Shown: positions 39,354 to 48,600 of the stretch, piece after piece
How the letters are laid out: each line of letters starts with the position of its first letter
How positions within the stretch are numbered: the first letter of the stretch is position 1
Assembly (NCBI GenBank): GCA_963805065.1
Contig: CAWDSS010000010.1
Location: 339,696 to 403,695 of the forward strand
Length of the DNA: 64,000 nt
Direction of reading: 5' to 3'
Source: Candidatus Omnitrophota bacterium
Lineage (GTDB): Bacteria; Omnitrophota; Gorgyraeia; Gygaellales; Profunditerraquicolaceae
The notes under the pieces: generated by a model
Database searches by the model: none
What the model was told of the DNA's origin: nothing
Seen by the model: the letters and a program-made list of their open reading frames with translations, nothing else
Translations under genes and position numbers: made by a program

Positions 39354-40664
39354 CTATTGAGTAAGTTTAGAACTTTTTTTCTTTGGAGAAGACATACTAC
39401 TGTTTACTGTAGAGGGCGGTTCATTTATAGCTCCGGCTTGTCTAAGTAATTGAACTATATCACTGTGGTTGCGTGATTCGGCTTTCATTAAGGCTGTTTC
39501 GCCAATATCTGATTTTACATTTACATCTACGCCTTTGGAAATAAGCAGTTCAACTATTTCTTTTTTGTGACTCTCTGCTGCAAACATCAAGGCTGTTTCA
39601 CCTTTGCTATCTTTGGCATTTATATCTGCGCCTTTAGAAAGGAGTAGTTTTGTTATTTCTTTACGGCCATAAGACGCGGCAAGCATCAAGGCTGTCTTAT
39701 GATGTGCATCTTTAGCATTTACATCTGCGCCTTTGGAAAGGAGTAGCTCTACGGCTTCTTTATTGTGACTCTCTGCTGCAAACATCAAGGCTGTTTCACC
39801 ATTATTCGCTTTGGCATTTATATTTGCACCTTTGGAAATAAGCAGCCCTACTGTTTCTTTATTACCGTAACGAAAGACGACCATTAAGGCTGTTTTACCT
39901 TTGCTATCTTTGGCGTTAACATCTGCACCTTTGGAAAGAAGCAATTCTACGGCTTCTGTACGACCATAAGACGCGGCAACTATCAATGCTGTTTCACCAT
40001 TGTTTGTCTTGGCATTTATATCTGCACCTTTGGAAAGAAGCAATTCTATTATTTCTTTGTTGCCCTCTACAGAAGATATTAAAGCTGTTTTACCCGTGTT
40101 ATCTTTGGCATTTACATCTGTACCTTTGGAAAGAAGCAGTTCTACGGCTTCTGTACGACCATAAGACGCGGCAAGCATCAAGGCTGTTTTACCGTTATCC
40201 TCTTTTGCGCTTACATCTGCGCCCTTAGAAAGAAGTAGTTCTGCTATTTCTTTGTCGCCATTAGCTGCAGCAATCATCAAAGCTGTTTTACCTTGTATAT
40301 CTTTAATATTTACATCTGCGCCTTTGGAAAGGAGTAGTTTTGCTATTTCTTTACGGCCATAAGACGCGGCAAGCATCAAGGCTGTTTTACCTTTGCTATC
40401 TTTGGCATTTACATCTTCACCCTTGGAAAGAAGCAGCTCTACGGCTTCTTTATTGTCACCCTCTGCAGCAATCATCAAAGCTGTTTTACCCTCGTCCTGT
40501 TTAGCGCTTGAATTTCCCATTGATTGTGAAATTTTCTTAGTTTTGGATTTCTTTATAGGACCGGTTAATGGATTTTCTTCTGCTTCAGCATATAATGATA
40601 CATGGTGTAAAATGGTAAACAATAACCCGAGAATTAAGCTTACAATTATAAGCTTTTTATTCAT
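39354..40664 (-). CDS. Secreted ankyrin-repeat protein (~11 ANK repeats)
   Basis: Signal peptide present, followed by 33-aa units GKTALM.AA..G..E.VELLLSKGADVNAKD, equivalent to 99-bp DNA periodicity. Confidence 0.9.
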   Translation of the reverse strand: MNKKLIIVSLILGLLFTILHHVSLYAEAEENPLTGPIKKSKTKKISQSMGNSSAKQDEGKTALMIAAEGDNKEAVELLLSKGEDVNAKDSKGKTALMLAASYGRKEIAKLLLSKGADVNIKDIQGKTALMIAAANGDKEIAELLLSKGADVSAKEDNGKTALMLAASYGRTEAVELLLSKGTDVNAKDNTGKTALISSVEGNKEIIELLLSKGADINAKTNNGETALIVAASYGRTEAVELLLSKGADVNAKDSKGKTALMVVFRYGNKETVGLLISKGANINAKANNGETALMFAAESHNKEAVELLLSKGADVNAKDAHHKTALMLAASYGRKEITKLLLSKGADINAKDSKGETALMFAAESHKKEIVELLISKGVDVNVKSDIGETALMKAESRNHSDIVQLLRQAGAINEPPSTVNSSMSSPKKKSSKLTQ

Positions 40665-40736
40665 ACGTCCTCACTTTTTTCAATTATACCACTGTCATTT
40701 AAAAATCGTAGGAAAACAAAACTCTCTGCAACATTT

Positions 40737-40848
40737 TTGTCACAGAGGGCCATAAATTCAACACCCGCCTCGCCAGTGCTTCCTCAGAGACACTTCTGTC
40801 AAAACTAATTTACCTACAATGCCTTATCAAGAAACGGTCTTGAGACTT
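40737..40848 (-). repeat. Promoter-bearing cassette repeat, E3 (degenerate -10)
   Basis: Aligns with E2 over about 110 nt. The -35 TTGAAT lies at 40764-40759. Confidence 0.75.
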
Positions 40849-40859
40849 TAATTCGAGAG

Positions 40860-41132
40860 TTATTTCTTCAGCATCTCTGGCTTAACTGCTATAACATTCA
40901 GCTTTTTATTTGCATTATCCAATTCTTTTTTTACCTTATCCAACTCTTTTTGTTTTTCCATGAGCTTACCGGTGACCTTCATAATCTCAACACCTTGTTG
41001 CTGAATAATCTGCGTTGACTTGGCTATTAATTCTTGGTTTACTTTTCCATACATAATAGTGCTTGCCACAAAAGCAATGGCTAGAATTATAACTAAAACT
41101 GATAATGTAGCTTTACTCAATTTGATATTCAT
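40860..41132 (-). CDS. Small membrane-anchored coiled-coil protein (90 aa)
   Basis: N-terminal TM helix, strong SD GGAGGG. Confidence 0.55.
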   Translation of the reverse strand: MNIKLSKATLSVLVIILAIAFVASTIMYGKVNQELIAKSTQIIQQQGVEIMKVTGKLMEKQKELDKVKKELDNANKKLNVIAVKPEMLKK

Positions 41133-41151
41133 TTTCCCTCCTTTTCAAGAA

Positions 41152-41182
41152 ATTATATCACAGAAAATCATGAATTCAACAC
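41152..41182 (-). repeat. Promoter-bearing cassette repeat, E4 (promoter core only)
   Basis: The minus sense reads TTGAAT-N16-TATAAT with a TG extension. Confidence 0.7.
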
Positions 41183-41194
41183 TCACCTTGATTG

Positions 41195-41219
41195 AACATA
41201 TCACAAATTGTGATATGTT
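41195..41219. promoter_or_regulatory. Perfect 25-bp palindrome, candidate operator
   Basis: AACATATCACAA-A-TTGTGATATGTT lies about 15 nt upstream of the E4 -35. Its half-site TGTGATA also occurs inside every E-repeat promoter spacer. Confidence 0.5.
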
Positions 41220-41247
41220 AATAGCCTACCCCCCCCATTTTTTTACT

Positions 41248-41784
41248 CTAAATATGGAACCCTATGGCTGTTGTTTGTTTTGGCGGTGTAAGCAACTGCC
41301 TGATTGCTTCAAAAATGTAATTTATTTTCTCATCATGATCCGAATATTTCTTTTCTAACTCTTCAAGCTTAATAGCAATATCCTTGCGAGTCAAGAGCAG
41401 CTCTTTTAATCTTACGAATGCACGCATTATGAGAATGTTCACTTGAATTGCCCTTTCGCTATTTAATACGCTAGATAACATGGCTACTCCCTGCTCTGTG
41501 AAAACGTAAGGCAGATACTTAATATTTTGGCCTTGTTTCAAGGTCACAATTTGTGACCTTGAATTCAAGGTCGCAAAATGCGACCTTGAAGATTCTACTT
41601 CTTCCCGCGATAACTGAAACATAAAATCATCGAGAAACCTCTTTCTGTTCCTTCGCACCTGCTCATTTAATCTCTTAGTATCAACCCCATAAAGTTTGGC
41701 TAAATCTCTATCCAACATTACCTTTCTGCCTTTCACTACTATAATCTTTGTTGCAATTGCCTCTATGGTCACAATATTAGCCAT
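41248..41784 (-). CDS. ORF6N-domain DNA-binding protein (phage antirepressor-type)
   Basis: IVVKGRKVMLDRDLAKLYGVDTKRLNEQVRRNRKRF matches my recollection of the ORF6N family. Confidence 0.7.
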   Translation of the reverse strand: MANIVTIEAIATKIIVVKGRKVMLDRDLAKLYGVDTKRLNEQVRRNRKRFLDDFMFQLSREEVESSRSHFATLNSRSQIVTLKQGQNIKYLPYVFTEQGVAMLSSVLNSERAIQVNILIMRAFVRLKELLLTRKDIAIKLEELEKKYSDHDEKINYIFEAIRQLLTPPKQTTAIGFHI

Positions 41785-41826
41785 TGTCCACCTCCTACTC
41801 TAATAGAAAGTGGAAAAATCTAACAC

Positions 41827-41966
41827 TCCCTCGCTTAAGCACTTGAAAATTTCTACGAAATTTTCTGCGTAAGCTCGGGATAAATTCGCAGACGCAGGAT
41901 ACTTTCGGGTTCAATACCGCTACACTTTACGTCACTTAGTTCCGTAAAGTGTCTGCTCATTTAAAA
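41827..41966. repeat. Composite hairpin repeat, type II (H4 + H1 variant)
   Basis: TCCCTCGCTTAAGCACTTGAAAATTTCTACGAAATTTTCTGCGTAAGCTCGGGATAAATTC.. aligns with 19012-19075. The H1 variant ACACTTTAC..GTAAAGTGT lies at 41922-41952. Confidence 0.7.
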
Positions 41967-41980
41967 AGCCCTCTGCGACA

Positions 41981-42020
41981 TATCTATCACAGAGGGCCAT
42001 GAATTCAACATCCGCCTCGT
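41981..42020 (-). repeat. Promoter-bearing cassette repeat, E5 (truncated)
   Basis: The plus strand reads TCTATCACAGAGGGCCATGAATTCAACATCCGCCTCG. Confidence 0.7.
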
Positions 42021-42034
42021 AAAGAATTAACTAT

Positions 42035-42469
42035 TTACAACCAAGTACCGGTAATTGACATTGAAGCCACAAAGAATGCCCAGAAGGAATACCATGCTAC
42101 GAGCAGAATAAAGCTTATTGTTAGCCATCTGAAACCGTTCATCTTATAAACTAAATATCCACTTACAATTAATTGAATTAAAACGATGATTTGAAGGATA
42201 AATAATGATTGCCCTGGTACTAACCTAGGATTAAATTGCGCACACATTACTGTTCCCCAAAATAAAACTAATACAGGGAAAATAATTGGTATTAATATTA
42301 ATAAATGTTTTAACTCCATCTTTATTTCCTTTTTCCTAAGGGTACATACCAACGAAAAGATAAAGTGGGCAATGATTAGTAGGGTAATCTGTAAAAAATA
42401 TCCGAATCTCGTAATTAAACATGTCAACGCCATAAAAGCAAGCCAAAGGAAATAGCGCAAATAGTACAT
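42035..42469 (-). CDS. Integral membrane protein (144 aa, ~4 TM)
   Basis: Hydrophobic throughout; SD AAGGAGA precedes ATG 42469. Confidence 0.55.
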   Translation of the reverse strand: MYYLRYFLWLAFMALTCLITRFGYFLQITLLIIAHFIFSLVCTLRKKEIKMELKHLLILIPIIFPVLVLFWGTVMCAQFNPRLVPGQSLFILQIIVLIQLIVSGYLVYKMNGFRWLTISFILLVAWYSFWAFFVASMSITGTWL

Positions 42470-42514
42470 TTATTCTCCTTTTTTTAAATTGCTTATTAAA
42501 ACAAAACCTTTGAT

Positions 42515-42602
42515 ATTCTATCACAGAGGGCCATGAATTCAACCCCCGCTCAGCTGTACTTCCTTAAGTTAGACTGCTTACCTAGAAACGGTCTTGAGAC
42601 TT
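42515..42602 (-). repeat. Promoter-bearing cassette repeat, E6
   Basis: AAGTCTCAAGACCGTTTCTAGGTAAG..GGGGGTTGAATTCATGGCCCTCTGTGATAGAAT begins about 30 nt after the SIR2 gene stop. Confidence 0.8.
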
Positions 42603-42631
42603 ATTGTAAAAAATTTAAGGCACGAGTAAGT

Positions 42632-43846
42632 TTAATAAGAAGTTAGAAACGAATCAAACTTAGAACTATTAAATAAGTTTGAAAATTTATAATCAATAAC
42701 TACAGATTCTGGTTTAATCTGAAATATTTCCGCTACAGATTTTTTCTTTTTCAGCTCATCATCTGCATTTAATTGGTCCCCTAAACATACTAATATTTTT
42801 TGTTCAATAGCCTTGCCGCGCCTAATCATACTAGGAATCTGAAATATTCTCTGAGCATGGTAGTCTGCAAAAGGAAAAGAATAGCCAATAATTATAACCA
42901 TATCTGCTTCTTTTAATAATTGGATAGCTCCTCGCCATTGGTTAATTAATAGTCTCGTAAGGGGATCTGCTAAGCGTGAATCATCATTTATTTCTTGTTT
43001 GAATATTGTCGGCGGAACGATAGCTGGTTCAACAAAGCTATTAGCAGATAAACTATTAGTTGGGTAACTAGGAGTTACGGAATCCCCATAAAACTCAATA
43101 TCATTACAACCGAACTCCATCTTCCAATTAAGTGAACCGTGTAGCTTTAAGATCAATGGTTCTTTAGAAAAACTGTCTATAAAGTAAGGATTGCCCATAT
43201 CATCATTAACACCTAAATATCGGGGATTCATGCCTAAGTTTTTTAATGATTTTTCTAGGATTAAGTCATAGTTAAACGTTATATATCCTAAGATCGAATG
43301 CCCATAGTTTGAAATCAATTTATGTAGTTTGTCGTAATTTGTTTCAATTTTATACCATAATTCTGTGACAGTTAATATTTTATCTATCAGCCTTTTCAGA
43401 TCTCTACCACAATCGCCTAAGAATTTGAATTTACTATAAGTTGGCTCCATATTCATTACAGCAAAATTTCCAGCTTCCCCTGAAATTAATGTTGTAGAAA
43501 TAACGTCAGAAAAGGGATACGAGGATTTGCCATGATTTAAACACTCTATGTGGTATCGTTCGTTTTCCTGAGACCATGAATAAGTATTCAACATGATATG
43601 TTTATGATTCAGATCTACAGCTGTCCATAGCTCTTCTAGGCTTATATTATTCTTATATGGCAGAAACCATTCTCGAAACTTATTTATTGCATAGAAATCG
43701 TCCCCGCGGTTTAATACTTCCTTAACTCCTGCATGTTCAAAGAAATTTCTATCTGTTGGCGGTGGACAACTTCTATTGTGATAATAAGTTTCAAAACCTG
43801 AATCATGCGATGCTCCGCTACCATAAACTATAACAATTTTAGACAT
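42632..43846 (-). CDS. SIR2-like (SIR2_2-type) protein, putative NAD-consuming effector
   Basis: 404 aa containing VIVYGSGASHDSG (glycine-rich NAD loop), ITFNYDLILEKS, ILKLHGSLNW and VIIIGYSFPFADYH, in the order typical of prokaryotic defence SIR2 domains. Confidence 0.75.
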   Translation of the reverse strand: MSKIVIVYGSGASHDSGFETYYHNRSCPPPTDRNFFEHAGVKEVLNRGDDFYAINKFREWFLPYKNNISLEELWTAVDLNHKHIMLNTYSWSQENERYHIECLNHGKSSYPFSDVISTTLISGEAGNFAVMNMEPTYSKFKFLGDCGRDLKRLIDKILTVTELWYKIETNYDKLHKLISNYGHSILGYITFNYDLILEKSLKNLGMNPRYLGVNDDMGNPYFIDSFSKEPLILKLHGSLNWKMEFGCNDIEFYGDSVTPSYPTNSLSANSFVEPAIVPPTIFKQEINDDSRLADPLTRLLINQWRGAIQLLKEADMVIIIGYSFPFADYHAQRIFQIPSMIRRGKAIEQKILVCLGDQLNADDELKKKKSVAEIFQIKPESVVIDYKFSNLFNSSKFDSFLTSY

Positions 43847-43893
43847 GAATTACCCCATTTATCAATTATTACAAAAAAATAATTGATGGAAAC

Positions 43894-44505
43894 TTATTCT
43901 TGCTGAAAGTCCATAGTCCCACCTACATCTATTATCTTACCCTGCTTTTTAAGCGGCTCGATTTTACTTATACTTTTAGCTAAAATTCTCTTTTGAATCG
44001 GAGATAATTTATCATAAGCTTTAAACATTTTAAAATACTGTTCTAACACTCTGTAGTTGCCAATCGCTTGTTCTTGCTTGTTCCTAAATAACAAATCTTT
44101 TAACAGCTCTCTTAATTCTTTAAGGATTTCGCCTATCCCTTCAAAGCTTATAATACCAGGAGAACCCATTCTAATATGATAGATCTTGAGAGAATTAGGT
44201 ATCACTTCTTTTTCAAAGAGTTTCCCAATAAGAGGTGAAGAAAAATTATTCGTTCGCAACACCTCAGTTAATAAACTCATCCTTACAAAATGTTGTTTTA
44301 TCGCGTACTTTTTTGGAAAGATATCATCCATATCTCTATGTTTAAGAAGAAGCAACACTTGTTTTTCTTTTCCAATATTGACTTTACAAAGAATTTCATA
44401 TATTTTTGAAATACTTGTTAGAAGAATCTTCAGATTATTTGCTGTCCATTTATTATCCGTTCTAAAAACAAGGAGCTCGAACTTTTTTACAATTTGTGTC
44501 GTCAT
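43894..44505 (-). CDS. Hypothetical protein (203 aa), middle gene of the SIR2 island
   Basis: Intact ORF with SD AAGGAGA. No motif was recognised. Confidence 0.6.
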   Translation of the reverse strand: MTTQIVKKFELLVFRTDNKWTANNLKILLTSISKIYEILCKVNIGKEKQVLLLLKHRDMDDIFPKKYAIKQHFVRMSLLTEVLRTNNFSSPLIGKLFEKEVIPNSLKIYHIRMGSPGIISFEGIGEILKELRELLKDLLFRNKQEQAIGNYRVLEQYFKMFKAYDKLSPIQKRILAKSISKIEPLKKQGKIIDVGGTMDFQQE

Positions 44506-44523
44506 TCTGATCTCCTTTAAAAA

Positions 44524-45222
44524 TTAAACTTCCGAAATAACAAAATTCATAAAATCTGTGGCATGAGAAGTTAGTCGAAAATAACCTCTTTTGTAATCAT
44601 AAGTTCCAATTGCATAGTCATAAAGTAAATTATAACGCAGAAGATCATTACAAAATGCTTCCGCTTGTGATTCAGTAATATTTAACTTTTCAGATAATTT
44701 TTTAATATCTAAAACACCCTCTGGCAGTCTGTTTTCTACTACGAATAATTTCTCATTATCTATATAAAGTTTTAGAATTTCTATGTGTAGTTCAGATAAG
44801 TCATTTACGATATTTATAAATCTTTCTTTAAAATAATAATCCGATTTACCTTTCTGTATAGAATTAACAAAAATGTTCTTAAAATATCTTACCTTTCTCT
44901 TTTCCCTACATTTAATTGCACTATCATATATTTTTAGAAATAAATAAAACGCGTCTTCGTTATTAAAGAAGTCCTTATCTATTTTACTTTCTTCGAGTTT
45001 TCTTAATGATTCGGCAATTTCTTCAAAAAGAAGGTCTGTTCTTTCTTTTATTGCTTTGGATCCCTTATATGCAAGAAGATTATCTAATAATCCGCCTACT
45101 GGATGAGGAAGCCCCTTAATAAGAACCCTTAGGTCTATGCTGTTATAATATTTTTGGGATCCTTTTACAACGATTTTATCTATTTTTTCAAGTGCTTTGA
45201 TTTTTCTAAAGAATATATTCAT
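44524..45222 (-). CDS. Hypothetical protein (232 aa), first gene of the SIR2 island; possible C-terminal winged-helix
   Basis: Intact ORF. The C-terminal stretch LSEKLNITESQAEAFCNDLLRYNLL looks HTH-like. No SD is present. Confidence 0.55.
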   Translation of the reverse strand: MNIFFRKIKALEKIDKIVVKGSQKYYNSIDLRVLIKGLPHPVGGLLDNLLAYKGSKAIKERTDLLFEEIAESLRKLEESKIDKDFFNNEDAFYLFLKIYDSAIKCREKRKVRYFKNIFVNSIQKGKSDYYFKERFINIVNDLSELHIEILKLYIDNEKLFVVENRLPEGVLDIKKLSEKLNITESQAEAFCNDLLRYNLLYDYAIGTYDYKRGYFRLTSHATDFMNFVISEV

Positions 45223-45291
45223 GATTTAATTGTAAATCTATAATATAAAGAATCTTCAAGGCTGCTTCTTAGAAACGTATGTTTTCTATTT

Positions 45292-45329
45292 CAACAAAAA
45301 AGGCTACTCCTTTTTTAAAGAGTAGCCTT
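45292..45329 (-). terminator. Rho-independent terminator separating the ATPase gene from the SIR2 island
   Basis: The minus sense reads AAGGCTACTC-TTTAAAAAA-GGAGTAGCCTT followed by TTTTTGTTG. Confidence 0.75.
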
Positions 45330-45412
45330 AAATTTAGATTTTTATCCCATGTTTACTCCTTGGGATATTTTACCGCTAGGTGGAAAGCTGTCAACCAGAA
45401 AATATGTGGCCA

Positions 45413-45577
45413 GCGGGTGACGAGGCATGTTTCGAGCGGCACATAAGGAAGCCGGAGCGGGCATGGTTTGCCTCGTTAGAAAAGTCTCCAAGAGCGAAGG
45501 CTTCCGCTTGAGCGAAGATTTTCCACGCTGGGGAAAATCGAGCGATGACGCGAGGAACGTGCCTCGGCAGGACCCGC
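45413..45577. mobile_element. GC-rich MITE-like element, copy 2 (165 bp)
   Basis: Reverse-complement match to 11268-11431. The inverted ends extend to GGCCAGCGGGT / ACCCGCTGGCC. Confidence 0.8.
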
Positions 45578-45621
45578 TGGCCCGTAAAACAAACAGGGAC
45601 AGTCCCTGTTTATAGATGATT

Positions 45622-48600
45622 TTAGCGAGTAGGGATGGTGACGCCCTTCCTCAACATCTTCTTCCTTAATTCTTCCAGGCAGAATATCACAACCATGAAA
45701 GCAAACAACATCCCCCACTCCTGCCACCCCAGCCCAATCGTATTAAATATCTTCTGGAAGAATGGCACATAAATCAGCATGCAGGCGAAAGACAACTCAA
45801 AGACAATACCCCAAAGAATCAGCTTATTGCTGAAGAAACCGATTTTAAACGCCGAGAGCTTTTCGCTGCGGCAGGCAAACACATTAGCGATCTGCATCAC
45901 CACAATCCCTATGAACACAATTGTCGCAGCCTTAAGGTGCAAAGGATTGGTGAATGTCGTATCATTAGGTTCAAGCTGCATCCCCGGCCTCCATCCGCCC
46001 TGCAAAAGCACAAAATAATAGGCGCTTAGAACTGCTACTGAATTAAGCAATCCCAGAATTATATAGCCGCGCGAAAGCACTATTTTATCAATAACTCCTT
46101 TTTTCTTCGGCCGCGGCGGAAGCTCCATAATCCCCGGCTCGGGTTTTTCAATACCTAATGCCAGTGCCGGCAAGGTTTCTGTGCCTAAATCTATTGCCAA
46201 AATCTGCATGACTGTAATGGGCACGGGTATTTTAAGCAATACGTAAAAAATAAAGGGTATTGCTTCCGGTACAAGGTGCGCGAATATATAGGTAATGAAT
46301 TTCTTGATATTATCAAATACAGCGCGGCCTTCTTCAATAGCAGCAACAATACTGGCAAAATTATCGTCAATCAAAACCATTTCTGCCGATTCTTTTGCCA
46401 CATCTGTCCCGCGCATACCCATGGCAACACCGATATCAGCTCTTTTTAATGCCGGAGCGTCATTAACTCCGTCCCCTGTAACCGCAACAATATTTCCCAG
46501 CTCCTTAAAAATATTTACCACCCTTAATTTATGCTCTGGGTTAACCCTGGCAAACACAACTTCTTTCTTTGTAAGCTTATCTTTTAACTGCTCATCGCTT
46601 AAATCTGCCAATTCTATTCCTGTAATAACTTCAGGGTTGTCCGAAGCAACAATGCCTACTTGCCGCGCAATTGATAGAGCGGTTATCTGGTAATCGCCTG
46701 TAATCATCACTACCCGGATTCCTGCTTTCCTACAAACAGCGACTGCTTGTTTTACTTCCGGCCTGGGCGGGTCATACATCGCTGCGATACCGATAAAAAT
46801 TAAATCCTTTTCCACTGTCTGCGCTGTTGCATCCGGAATATCTTTAGCTTCCAGGTTACGGCAAGCAAAACCCAGGATGCGTAATCCATCCTGGGCAAAA
46901 TTATCAATCTGACGAATAATCTCTGATTTCTTTTCTGGTGTTAAATCAATACTGTCTTTGCCAACCATGATTTTGCCGGAAAGTTCAAGCAGCTCCTTGG
47001 GAGCTCCCTTCACACAAGCACAAAGCTTCCCCTCCGCAAGCTTATTGATGGTGCTCATTCTTTTACGCACGGATTCAAAAGGAAAACGCTTCTGGAATGG
47101 ATAATTCTGGCGTTCCTTTTCATTATCAAAACCTGCTTTTAGAGCCAGGGTTAATAATGCTCCTTCAGTAGGATCTCCTATTATGCTCCAGTAATTTTGG
47201 GCTTCTGTGGGAGCAACAAGCTTTGCCGTATTGCATAAAACTCCTGCACGGATTAAAATATCCAGATTATCATTCTTAAGGTCATTGCTGGAAATCGCCT
47301 TTCCACTAAGAATAAATTCGCCCTCAGGGTCATAACCGCTGCCTGTAACCTCTATTACCTTATTATTAATCCATATTTTCCTTACGCTCATTTGATTAGT
47401 AGTGAGCGTGCCTGTTTTGTCTGTGCAGATCACATTTGTGCAGCCAAGCGTTTCAACAGAAGAAAGTTTTTTAATTAAGGCGTGCTTCTTTGCCATCCTT
47501 AACACAGCCATGGAAAGCGCAAGCGTGAGTGTCGGCATAAGGCCCTGGGGAACATTAGCCAGGATAATTCCTATGGCAAACATTGCCGAGGCAATCAAGG
47601 TCATCTTGGTAAAAGCCAAACCTACGAAAAAGAAAATAAACCCCATAAGAACTGATATTCCCGCGATTAATTGGCTGATACGGTTTACTTCTCTTTGTAG
47701 CGGGCTTAACTCTTCTTTAACGGTTTGCGTTAAATAAGCGATTTTGCCGATTTCTGTAGCCATGCCAGTAGCAACTACTACGGCTTTACCCATGCCAGAG
47801 GCTACGCTGGTACCTGCGAAAACCAAATTAGGCATTTCCAGCCACAAGAAACCCTTACTATCATGAAAAGCCTCTGCCATCTTATGCGAAAGTTTTGATT
47901 CACCGGAGAAAGCACTGTTATTTACGCGTAGCTCCTGCGCTTCAATCAACCTGGCATCAGCAGGGATGTTATCCCCTTCCTCTATAATAATGATATCTCC
48001 CGGCACAATGTCGCTGGTAGGAACTTTTTTCTCCGTGCCCTCCCGTATTACGCGGGCAAAAGAAGGAATCAACTTATTTAAAGCCTGTATTGCCTTCTCT
48101 GCCTTGGATTCCTGCCAGAAACTGAATATCGCGTTGACAAAAATTACAACTATGCATGCCCATCCTGCTTCAGGCATCTGCGCCAGGAAACAAAGCGCGC
48201 CGCCTACCCACATGAGGATTGCCAACAAATTAGTAAAATTAGATAAGAAACGGATAATCAGGGGAGTTTTCCTTATGGCCTTTAATTTATTCAGGCCGTA
48301 TACTTCCAGGCGTTTTTTGGCAGATACTTCGGAAATCCCGTTATCACTACTGGCAAGCTCCAGATAAATCTCATCCTTGGTTAATGCCAGGAATTCTTCT
48401 CTTTCAATTCCCTTTTGCTTAAACAAGCGAAAAAGCTCATCGTTGTTTGGGGAATTCAGAAGCTGGCTGGTAAATACTTTATTGTTTAGCAGGCTTACTA
48501 TTTTAGAGAGGATTTTTAAATGCAACTCGCTTTCTAAAAGAGGGGTGAGAAAAAGCATGACTAGATTTACAGGTTTTCCGTCCAGAGAAGAAAATTTTAT

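Noticed and set aside
39354-40664. The regular 99-bp DNA periodicity as a possible CRISPR or other non-coding array.
   Set aside because: The repeats are in frame and encode canonical 33-aa ankyrin units within one intact ORF that has a signal peptide. They are contiguous, without interspersed unique spacers. No CRISPR array is present anywhere in the window.
38440-42620. Interpreting the E1-E6 repeats as integron attC sites (a CALIN-type cassette array).
   Set aside because: GTTGAAT fits the R' core GTTRRRY, but there is no matching R'' (RYYYAAC) at the other end and no end-to-end complementarity that would fold into an attC bulged hairpin. No intI is present in the window. The conserved part is better explained as a sigma70 promoter.
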